From positions 8,556,001-8,620,000 of the forward strand of contig JBHGNT010000014.1 of the NCBI GenBank assembly GCA_043228905.1: a stretch of DNA of 64,000 nt. Direction: 5' to 3'. The position numbers and the translations under genes are program-made. This DNA is from Azolla caroliniana (Eukaryota > Plantae > Polypodiophyta). Shown here piece by piece: positions 51,441-62,300 of this stretch; positions within the stretch are counted from its first letter, which is position 1, and every line of letters begins with the position of its first letter. The notes below the pieces were generated by a model. The model searched no databases. It saw only the letters and a list, made by a program, of their open reading frames with translations, and was not told the DNA's origin.

Positions 51441-54400
51441 CATAGATTGAAGCATGCGTGATATGCGTGGTATTCGACATCCGCAATATTCGTAGTATTC
51501 GAGAATATAAAATTGCTCCAAGAATATTATAAAACCATTCGTTTATGGAAAATAAATTTATATAATAAAAATTATTCAATTCACTCAAAAAAAAAAGGAA
51601 AAATCACCAATTTATAGAAAAATGGAAGGTCTTCAAAATCACACTAACATAAGAAAGAAAAGTTTTAATTAAAGCGATTATGAGCCGTTATATTGTAATT
51701 TCTAAATTCTAGGTTCTAACTTCTAACTTCTAAGTAATGCTTCGAAATGCTTAAGACTCTATGCACTATCACATTCATCATCCGTATCTTCAAGCTCATC
51801 CATAATGTCCTTATGAGCTTCATTTTCATCAATAGCTTGATTTTGCATTCTCAAAAGTCTCTCATCATCTTCTTCTTTGTTGATCATATCTAATGTTGCT
51901 TCAATTATGCATAATCCCCTTTCCTTTATTCTTCTTATGAGACAATGATTTGCATGTATGTAAACCAATTTCTCAACATGAGCATGAGTCAATCTATTTC
52001 TTTTTTTTGTATGTATCGATGAGAATGTACTCCAATTTCTTTCACAAGAAGATGCACATGAACCTTGAGAAAGCACACGAATTGCAAGCCTTTTTAAGTT
52101 TGGAGTGCTTGCTCCAAATGTTTCCCACCACTTAATTGCATCATGCATTCTAGTTGGATCATTTGCCATAGGAACTTGAAATGAACTCTTTTGTTGAGTT
52201 TTATAAGCATAGAATTCATCTAATAAAACACCACATAAAGGTATATCACCATTAGTATACCGCATAATAGTTTCCATCCAACTTGTATTCAGCTTCTCAT
52301 CAATATCTTGAATTTTTTCTCTCCAAATTGGATGTAAAATAAAACCAGTTGCATGCAATGGTGAATGTAGCATTGTCCATCTTTGCATACATATTTCCCG
52401 AATTTCATCAAGCAATAAACGATCTACATCTTCAATGTGGTTTATTTCTTCTATCATACGATGAGTACATTCATAAATTAAACCCATGGTTGCACCTTCT
52501 CTATCCGCCAATCTAAGAACTTTTAGGATAGGCTTGCATATCTTTACGATCTTCTTTATATTTGCCCAAAAAGAAACATCAAGTATAATTGAAACTATTT
52601 CTTCTCCTAGTTGTGTTTTTGATCCTTTCCATTGACACCATTGTTCACTAACCACCATTCTTTGTAATCCACCTTTGACTCTGTCATCCAATAAGTTTGA
52701 CAACATGATAAAACTATAGGCAAATCTAGTAGTGGAAGGCTTTAACAATTCTTTCTCACTAAACTTACGAAACATTGCCAAAGAATATTGTTTTCGTGTA
52801 ATAAACACGATTACCTTTGTAGCTAATTTCAAAACATCATGAACCCAAGCACATTTTCCAATATCTTCAAACAACAAATCGATGCAATGACATGTGCATC
52901 TGGTAAAAAAGATCATGGGCCACTCTTTCTCTATCATCCTCCCAGCTACTACACAATTAGTTGCATTGTCCATACAAACTTGCACAACATTTGATGGGCC
53001 AATATCAAGAATAACATCCTTTAAAATCTTAAAGATATACTCTCCCGATTTATATTCTCCACTAGTGTCAACTGATTTCAGAAACACAGTGCCATACGCA
53101 GAAGTAGCCATCACATTAATTATTGGTCTATTCTTGGTATCTGACCAACCATCGCTCACAACAGTGCATCCAATAGTTTTCCATTTTTCTCTAATTTGCA
53201 TAATCTCATTTTCAACATATTTCACCTCTTCATTCAAGTGCTTTTTGCGCAATTGATAAGGAGATGGTGGCTCATAAGACGGCCCAGCAAGTGCCGCAAC
53301 TTTTATTAATTCACGAAAATATGTACTTCCCACTTTTACATCCGGTATATCCTCTACAAAAAAAAACCTCCTGATAGCTTCATCAACATTTTTATCAAGT
53401 TGCTTTTGCCATAACATCTTCAAAGGTACATTGTCTACTTTCATCTTTTTACTTGATGCATTACCAAACGATGATGAAGGCATTTCATTGATAGACGTTG
53501 ATTCCACATTCGCATCAACATTTGTGCTACAATTTTCAGCATTACATTCCATTGATGACTCATCATTCATGTCAACATTTGCACAACCAGATACCATTTT
53601 TTGTACTTCGGCTTTTATAACAGCATCAATTTGACGGCATTTGTCAACACCTAAACCTTTCAAGCCCAACAAGTGAGCTCTAATTCGAAAGGGGCCACCA
53701 ACAAATACATGGTGACAATGATTGCATTGAACAACATGCATACCCTTATCATGTTTTCTCAAAATGGCCACATGATTCCATTCGAAGCTCTTTTGTTTCA
53801 CCATTGTGTAAATTAACCTTCAGCCTTTGTTGTTCCCTGGACCCTAACCTATGAGAATAACTAAAAGAATTAGGCGACAGTGAACTATTCCATAATGCAA
53901 TGTTCTTTCATTGCACTCTGATTTGGTTTTTTCTGCACTTTGGAACATGCACAAGCAAAGGAGACTCTTCATTCCTTTGGTTGCATTGTTTATTAGAGCA
54001 ACTTCTTCATAGTACATATGCACATGGATTTTTTCATTTCTATATTTTGTTGCATAATGCAGAATAAACAAAATCTGACTACAAGGAACGAATTATGATT
54101 TATGAAATGAAATTCTAGAACAAATTCGAGAACAAAAAATTCGATGAAAACCAAATTCGAGAACAAAAAATTCTCTCTCTTCTCTCTCGTGAGAGAACAA
54201 AACTACACGAAAGAGCATATATTTCTTGCAGGAAAATCAGAGGAGAAGCAAGAGCATACCTGAATCTGTTGTTTCTGTAGACTGCGAAGAAGAAGAGATT
54301 GCGCGCAGGAAGATGCAGAGGAGGATTGGAGCTTCAATGGGAGCAGGCGAGAGAGAAAGGCAAGAAAACAGAAAGTCTCTGTTCGCTACTCGTCGACTGA

Positions 54401-54533
54401 ATTTTTTCCAAAAAAAAAATTAGGGGAAAAAAAGGGGGAAAAAAAAGTTAACGAATATTAGAAGAAATATTCGTATACGCATTCGTTGGGATTCGTGGGG
54501 GAGGCCCCACGAATGCGAATATTTCAATCTATG
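51441..54533 (-). mobile_element. Full-length hAT DNA transposon (3093 bp)
   Basis: Perfect 11-bp TIR CATAGATTGAA / TTCAATCTATG; perfect 8-bp TSD GTTACAAC; ATTCG-rich subterminal motifs. Confidence 0.95.
51759..53804 (-). CDS. hAT transposase (BED finger, DUF659-type core, hAT dimerisation domain), 681 aa, uninterrupted
   Basis: BED finger W..V...CNHC...RIRAHL; catalytic SDGW and MDNA, CxxH (CTCH), TTRFAY, CERNWSTF...KKRNRL. Confidence 0.93.
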   Translation of the reverse strand: MVKQKSFEWNHVAILRKHDKGMHVVQCNHCHHVFVGGPFRIRAHLLGLKGLGVDKCRQIDAVIKAEVQKMVSGCANVDMNDESSMECNAENCSTNVDANVESTSINEMPSSSFGNASSKKMKVDNVPLKMLWQKQLDKNVDEAIRRFFFVEDIPDVKVGSTYFRELIKVAALAGPSYEPPSPYQLRKKHLNEEVKYVENEIMQIREKWKTIGCTVVSDGWSDTKNRPIINVMATSAYGTVFLKSVDTSGEYKSGEYIFKILKDVILDIGPSNVVQVCMDNATNCVVAGRMIEKEWPMIFFTRCTCHCIDLLFEDIGKCAWVHDVLKLATKVIVFITRKQYSLAMFRKFSEKELLKPSTTRFAYSFIMLSNLLDDRVKGGLQRMVVSEQWCQWKGSKTQLGEEIVSIILDVSFWANIKKIVKICKPILKVLRLADREGATMGLIYECTHRMIEEINHIEDVDRLLLDEIREICMQRWTMLHSPLHATGFILHPIWREKIQDIDEKLNTSWMETIMRYTNGDIPLCGVLLDEFYAYKTQQKSSFQVPMANDPTRMHDAIKWWETFGASTPNLKRLAIRVLSQGSCASSCERNWSTFSSIHTKKRNRLTHAHVEKLVYIHANHCLIRRIKERGLCIIEATLDMINKEEDDERLLRMQNQAIDENEAHKDIMDELEDTDDECDSA

Positions 54534-55470
54534 GTTACAACCATCTTCGTAGTTTCAAGAATATGTATGTATGACATTTTCCACTAAAATTGATAATTTC
54601 TTATTATTGCTTTTGCTTGATTGTACAGATGGCTGTCAAGTCCAAGTATGAAAAGTGGTTTGATTGTGATAAGGGTGACAATATCCCAGTGAAGGGAGGT
54701 ACGCCACGAATATTTTTTTATTGCTATCGCTCAGGAATCGTGATGCATGTATGCTAATCGGTGCTTTGGTTCCAGGGTTTTTGTGAGAAGACAAAGTAGA
54801 AGTTGTACATCCGGCATTTCTAATGGTGGAGAGAGGTTGGACCAGCCAATGGTGGATCCTCATCCTCGGTTGGACCCCATACAAGGCAAGACATCATCCG
54901 ATGAAGATGCTCCTCCAAATGGTGTGTGGATGTAGTTCACTGTATTCCACCTATAATTATGTAAATATGTCCCAACAATTCTAATGCATAATCACAACAA
55001 CGTATTGTCAGCTCCCAAACTCGTTGTACAGGTGTGGGCAAGTTTCACAAGAAAACAAGTGTTGGTCATGTATTGTGCTTGAATCTTCCCGACACAAGCA
55101 AAGATGATATCGAAATAAATCAGACTCTAGTCCAAGGCTGATCCTTTAGAATGTTGGCCCAATAGGACGGTCGAAGTGTGAAAGGGTTGAAATGACAAGC
55201 ACAAGTTGTAACCCACATAAATAGAGTCGGACAAATGTGAAGCCAGCCAGTAGTTAAAGTAGGAAAAATAACACGTGTAAATTATTAGATAGAGAGTAGT
55301 AACATTTTTAGGCTCTTTTGTAACTTTCTTATGCTTCCTATAAAAACAAGCATGCAACATTGTAAATGGGTCGGTCCGTAAGACTAGTCGTGATAATACG
55401 AATCTTAATTTAAGGATATCCGTGTCTATATTCTGGGTTCATTTTCCCATATACTATGTATTGTGTAAGC

Positions 55471-55742
55471 CATAGTATGAACCATACGTACCATATTGTG
55501 TATTGTGCATTCACATTCGAGAATGTTTTAAATCAATCGAGCATGGTAAACACCCTCGAAGTATGGTAAATACCATACTTTTGTATTCATTATTTATTGT
55601 AAGGCAAAAAAGAAATTAAGGTAAGAAAGTTAAGATAAAAAGTGTAAAAAAAACATAAGAATGTTTTGATAACATACTCATTCGTTTGCATTCATGTGAA
55701 AAATAATGTTTGCCAATGCATTCGAGTATATTACGTACTATG
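55471..55742. mobile_element. hAT-type MITE, same family as 5130-5403 in opposite orientation
   Basis: TIR CATAGTATG...CGTACTATG; 8-bp TSD GTGTAAGC. Confidence 0.85.
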
Positions 55743-55967
55743 GTGTAAGCCGATTGGTTGTAGCTGACTTGGACTGGGAATAGAGTGTGTGTGTGTTAAA
55801 CATGCAATAAGGTATCTTCTGTGTGAGTTTACCTTTGCCTACATCTATGTGAAATGCACCGTGAGCAGTGCAACCTAGTCCCCGTTACCCATCCCTCCAA
55901 CCACAAAACCTTGATCAAGGTACTTAGGGATTAAGTATCTGACGCCTGTTTTTAGGGAATAGTAACA

Positions 55968-58900
55968 CAATTTGGCACACGTGGTTGATCTGTGAGAGAC
56001 AACAAACAAAGGGAGGGTGGATGTCGCCTAGTCATAGGAGACCACACACACAGTCAGACTCCCGATGGGTAGAACAAGATATTTCTTCGGAAATGGCACT
56101 TCCGGAAAAACCTCAACAGGAGCAAGACAACGATTTAGTAGTGCTTCATGGTTTGGAAACTACCAACAACCATAGTTTAGAGGTCGAATGGTCCGAAAAT
56201 CATAGACTGCGAGACAGTAGCCCACATCACCGGTTAATGGTGTCGTGAAGATTTCCGGCTACGGTGAGAAACTCGGGTGGGACAAATAAAATGGGGATGT
56301 GCAACATTGCACATGCACTTGTAAATTTGTATAATGAGAATAAGATAACAAAATGTTAGGGGAAGGGTAATAATCTAAGGCGCTAAAGGTGCACCATGGG
56401 GTTCGTAGAGGCATAAAGGTGATGTGCACTTTGTAGACTAGAGAAAAGTACATGAAGAATAGGTGTAGGGAGTAGTGGGCATTGAGTGTGAATGTGAGAG
56501 GAGAGAGAGTTAAAGGCCCACCAATTTAAGATAAAGGAAAATATTACCCATTGAAAGAAGGGTATTTGACCTCTCCTTTTGTAATGTGCCTCACCCCTTA
56601 CTACTATAAAAGGGAATGAGGGGTCTCTTGTGGTTGGTTGCCTATTTTGAGTGAGGAAGGGCTTCCACTTTTGGGGTTTTCTTTGGGGAGTCGCCATTTT
56701 GTTGTTTCGGGGTAGACCATTAGGGTTTTAACGATCCCTATTTCGTTTTAGGGTTTGGGGTTTTAGGATCTTGTTTTAGGGTTTCATTCATTCATTCTTC
56801 TTCTTCTTTACCTATCTGGTTAGGGTTTCTTCTTGGGTTTTGATTTGGCTTATGCGACCATGGTTGTAATCATAGAGTGGATTCTTAATATAGTTTGTTG
56901 ATGTATCTTGTCTCTATTTTCTCTACCATGCTAACATCTCATTCTATCTCCTTTCCTCTTGAGCTCAAAGATCGAAGGTTAAGCTCCCATTCCCCCTCTA
57001 CTCCCTAGTCCAAGACCCCCGCAGTCTCGCCTAAGATCCTACACATGCCCGCTGAATTCCGCGACAACGGTAATTCAAGAGGAAGACACAATGTCGTACC
57101 CATACTCCAAATATAACGATGAGGCCGATGTTGAAGCGGATGTTTGCGCTTTTCTTACTACATGGCTGCCCAACCACGCATCGCAATGACTAGCAGTAGC
57201 CGACGCAGATGCGTTGAAGACCGACGCAATGTACCCTATAGGTACAAAGTGTTGTGAAGAGGACGGAGAAACAATCTCGTGATTCAACGTCACCACCCTC
57301 GGACCCCGGCGAAAAGAAGTAGACGTAAAGGACGAAGAACTGGTACAACGAGTCACACGTCCAGGTGACGTCATGACCACTCAGAAGACTATGATGGACG
57401 CGGACTTCCTAGAGTATTTCAAACTCTATGAACAAGGGAATAGGGCAGTGGCTTGTAAGAGACCACAACGCACCCCCAAGGCCTAGGAGAAGTCTATGAT
57501 GGACCAACAAGGGTGAAAGAAATCAACCTCGGGAAAGGGACAGACTGCAAACTGGTGTTCATAGCCGCAGATCTCCAGCCTGACGAGGAGACGTCCTTGA
57601 TCACCCTCCTCACGAAATTTAGCGACGTGTTTGCATGGTTATACGTCGACATGAAGGGAGTCCTAGATGAGGTCGTCACCCATAGTATCCCCATGCGAGC
57701 CAACACCCGCCCAATCCGGCAAAGGCCATGTCCAATGAACCCTAACTACGCCCAACAAGTAAAAGCCGAAATCAACAAAATGTTGGCTGCAGGCATTCTC
57801 TACCCAATCGAACGAACTACTTGGGTCTCCCCGATTGTAGTCGTCCCAAAGAAAAACTGCTAGATCCGCATATGTGTCAACTAATGCCAAGTTAACAAAG
57901 CCACTATCAAGGACAATTACCTAGTACCCTACATCGAGCATCTACTCGAAAGAACCGCGGGAGCAGAAGCTTATAGCTTCATCGACGGGTTCTCCGGGTA
58001 CAACCAAATCTCGGTGGTCCCTGAGGATCAACACAAGACAGCCTTTGCCACGGAATTTGGTACGTTCGCGTATAAACAAATGCCTTTTGGACTCACGAGT
58101 GCCTTGAGCATCTACCAAAGAGTGACGGACCATATCTTTGCAGCAAGGTTACGACAAGGGGTGGAGTCTTATGTTGACGACTTATGTTGCAATTCGAAAT
58201 GGCATGACCACTTGGGGCTACTCCGTTTGACGTTCGAAAAATGCAGGACCTATCAACTCTCTCTCAACCCGCTCAAGTGTCAGTTCTGGGTCAAGCACGG
58301 AATAATATTAGGACATGTTGTGTCCCGCCACAGGATCTCGACCGATGAGGCAAAAGTAAAACTCATCCTTGACATGCCAGCCCCCACGAATGAGAAACAA
58401 CTACAAGGGTTCATGGGATACGCGGGTTACTATAGACGCTTCATTAAGATGTTCGTGGACAAGGCTAGACCACTCTACACCCTATTAAAGCAGTTCGTGT
58501 GGACAGAAGAATGCACACACTCCTTCAAGCTCTTGAAAGAGTGCCTAACTAAGGCCCCCATCCTCCGGCCTCCCAATTGGACCAAAGAATTCCATGTTCA
58601 CACCGACGCTTCCGCCTTCGCGATCAGTGCAGTGCTAGCTCAACCTGGTGAAGGGGCACTCGACCTACCGGTCACCTTCGCTAGTCGCCAACTAAATGCC
58701 GCGGAACGAAATTACTCCATGATGGAACGGGAGGCTTTGACCATGGTTTACAGCATAAAGAAATTCATCCACTACCTTTTGGCGTCCCGGTTCTCATTTT
58801 TTGGAGATCATCAAGCCCTACTCTACTTAGTAAACAAAACTCATGCCACCGGACGCATCTCACGATGGATCGTAACGTTACTTGAGTTTGACTTCAATGT

Positions 58901-59346
58901 AGTAGTGAGAAAAGGGAAAGACCATGTACTCGCCAATCATTTCTCCCGGATTCCCAACGGAGAAGAAGCCACTGGGGTCGACGATGAAACACCAGATGCA
59001 ACATTATTCGTGATCGACACCGTACCAACATGGGTATCAGACATCGTTTGCGTCCTAACTGAAGGAGCGTCCTTCCTAAAACAACTACCAAGGACACATG
59101 CACGTGTCTTGCTAAAGAAATGTGGCCCCTTCATGATGCTCCGTGGCAATTTGTACCGTCGGGGTAACGACGATCTACTTCGGAGGTGTGTAACAGACCA
59201 TGACATCGTCGCCACCCTCGAACAAGCTCATTGTGGGAGCAGAAGTGGTCCTTTCAATCACGAGACCACTGCGCGCAAGATCCTCCAGTCCGTCCTATGG
59301 TGGCCAACACTCTTCAAAGATGCATACGCGTACATACGCCGTTGTG
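55968..59346 (+). mobile_element. Degenerate Ty3/Gypsy (Athila/Tat-like) gag-pol, interrupted by a solo LTR and by another Gypsy element
   Basis: Gag N-terminus (MSYPYSKY...FLTTW); RT WVSPIVVVPKK, FIDGFSGYNQI, MPFGL, YVDD; RNase H HTDASAFAISAVLAQ; integrase start H...WWPTLFKDA...RC, cut at 59346. The 5' LTR boundary is not resolved. Confidence 0.85.
56241..57066 (+). mobile_element. Solo LTR of the TGTCGTGAAG...GCGACA lineage inserted in gag
   Basis: Same termini as the LTRs at 26010/28569; flanks ATGG/ACGG (4-bp TSD with a CpG transition); removal restores the frame HRL-T-VIQEEDTMSY. Confidence 0.8.
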
Positions 59347-62300
59347 TGTTATTGCTAGGGCCGGACAACAGCCTAACACAAGGTGTCCACTTAAGACACG
59401 TCACCAAAGGGTGGTACATCAGAATGACTTACGACACAACGCTTAATTAGACCTTAATCGATTACTTAGCCATCCGTAATTAACACGCGTAAGATATAAC
59501 AATGAATACAAAACGGTAATCAACACTGGAAGATTAAGACAATAAGCTTTTTTAATTATCCGCTCCTGATTACATTGTAACCGGGCCTTTATATAGGTCT
59601 CCGGTGCGAAATACAAAACGGTGCCAACCGGCACCTTTACAGGATCGTTCCGGATCCGGATCGGCATACCGATTCCGGTCCATCCGTCCACATCTTCTTA
59701 TATAATAATCTATATATATATATTAAGACTACTAATTACAACAGTTCCCGAATAACTATTCCTTTCACACTCTGGCTTGGACCTCCTTAAGCCTTCTTGC
59801 CGGCCGGTAACACATGGCACGCCCGTGGGACAGTACCTTGTACGTCGAACCCACTATCCGGCCCTTTTACGCTTCGTAAAAAATGTCCAGAATGCTTTGC
59901 TCCAAAATTTCCAATGGCTCGTCGGGAATCTGTTGTTGCTGTTGTGGCTATGGCCGCTGCTCTGTTTGTGGCTGTGGCTCCGTTTGTTGCTCTGGCACCG
60001 GCGTTTCCGTCGTTGGTTCCTCCGTCGAAGTTGTTTGTGGCCAACTGACCCCGGCCTGTTCCCCCTTCGGTCTTTGCACCGGCGACGGTTCCTCATCACT
60101 AAGGTTGACCGTTGCCGCCTTTTGCGCTTTTTCTTCCCGTAGTTGGGATCGCTCATAGCTTTCGAACTGGATTTGAGCCTCCAGCCGATCGTCGTCCAGT
60201 TGAGCTACGAGCTGCCGGACCTGGACCAATTGTTCATCCGCCAGGGCTGTGAAATCTTCTGCCATCTCATCCCTTATGGCGGTGAAGTCCTCCGAGGTCA
60301 TCGTATAATAGTCGTCGCCCTCCTTTCACCGGTTTTCCACGTCCGCCCTAAGCAAATGGAGTTCCGCCATATTCTGCGCCCATTTTGCCCACCAATGCAC
60401 CGAGCTGTCGTCAATCAAGCTTTTGGTCTTAGTGAGCCATGACCGGAGGATGCACTGGATCCGTTCGGCTCCCATCTGTGATTTATTTTATGTAGCTTGT
60501 CGCTCTTCCTTCAATTGCTTGATGATCCGAACCGTGTCCGCCTCCTGCTCCCTATAATGCGACAATTGATTTTGATAGGTTGTTTGCAACCTTTGTAATA
60601 CCATTGTCGCCCTTTCCTTGTCTTCATGGTTCTGTTTGTGGAGCTCCATCCGGTCATTCGCCGCTTCATCCAATAGCCTGGAACTTTCCGCTCGTTCTTC
60701 GGCGAGTGCCGTTGTGGCCCTATCAACTTCTTGCCGGAGCTCGGCCATCCGTTCTTGTTGTTGCTTATGCTTCGTCTCCAGCTGCTTGTAGTCCGATGCA
60801 GATGATCGAAATCATCGGTCTTCTGCTTCAGCCTTTGGTTGATCTGACGACGCGCGTGGTCCTCCCGGTCCTTCTGTTGCCGGAGCTCTTCCTTCAGCCT
60901 CTCGATTTCCGTTTCCGCCATCCGTCGCAGCTTGTCTTTTTCCTGCAACAATTTCTCTTTTTCCTCCTTCAGCCGGTCGTAAGCATGATGTCCTTTACGT
61001 AGGTTTTCCTTTGCCCAGCGAAGGTTCTCAGCAGTCTTCCTTAATTCTTCTTCGGCCGCCTTCTTCAAGTCACGTTCACGGCTCCGTAATGCTTTTTGTG
61101 CGGCAAGCTCATCTCGTAATTCCGCAAGCTCTTGGGCTTGTGCCGCATCTTTCTCCGGGATAATTTGTGTCTCCGGGGTCTTATTCTTTTGTACATCAAC
61201 CGGAGTCACCGGTGCTTGGATCTGCGTTGCGGTTAAGGCCATTTTGGCCATATCTCTTGTGATCCGATCCAAGGCTTGTTCAAGGCACCAGATCCTTGAC
61301 CGGGCCGTCTCCAGTTCATCGGTTGTGACGAGCAACCGTTCCGTTTGCGCTCTTTCCTCCGCCTCTATGCATCCGACTACTCCGGCAATTTGGTCTCCTA
61401 TCCACCGGAGCCATTGGCTGCCGGTGCACTGTTGTTGCGCTTGCACGGGGAGTTGGCTGATGGGTTCACTCGCCGGTGGCTAGTCCCGCCTTTTTGCGTC
61501 AAGCTGTGCTTCTGGTTCTGCCAACTAACCCTTGTCTGCTTGTTCTTGGCCGGCTGGGGCGGTTGACCTTTGTATATCCGGCTCTTGGGTGACGGGGCTT
61601 GCCGGTGTTGCCAGTTGTGCCGGGACTTTTGTGACCGGTTCCATCCGAACCGGTTCCGGTGCCTCCCTTGGCGTGGGTTGCTCAGCGTGAGTTGTGGGCG
61701 TTCCATCCTTTTGTGGGTCCGAATGCTTCCCGGCTGATTCAGCGGTGCTCTTCACCGGCCGCCGCTAGAGGTGCTCCGTGGGTTCTTCCTCCATTTCTTC
61801 CGCCTGAGTCCTGACATTCATTCTTGCCGCTAGGGTGTCCGTTTCTTGTTGCACCGGTCGGTGGAGTGGGCTCTTCAGGGGCCGTGCCAGTGTCTCCTCA
61901 CTTGCATCCGTCGGCCGCTTCCGGTTGGCGCGCTCCTTCGCCGCCTTCTCTGCATCGGCAGTCTTCCCCTTAGTGGCCTTGGAGGCCAACAATTGTTGCC
62001 GTTTCGAAGCAGGTTTCGGGGTGCCGTCCGTTGCTCTTCCCCGCTTCTTGGTTTGGACGGGCTCGACCGGTGGTGCCAACAGGGTGGGCCATTGTGTCAC
62101 CGCATGCCATATTTTTCGGCCTTCCTTGCCGTCCTTTCCTCTTACTATATCAATGGCCATACATAGCCCGTCGGCGATCAACACCGGCCAGTCTACCTTG
62201 ACCCCTTCGTACGTTGCGATGATCAAGCCTGCTCGGTTCTGAGGCATGACGGGGGCTCGAGGGTACACGTGGCCGAACTCGTTGAGCACACAGGCAATTT

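Noticed and set aside
50826-55967. TGTTA...TAACA as a candidate 5' LTR of the plus-strand Gypsy
   Set aside because: No second LTR or TSD is available in the window and the adjacent PBS is degenerate, so the boundary is unsupported.
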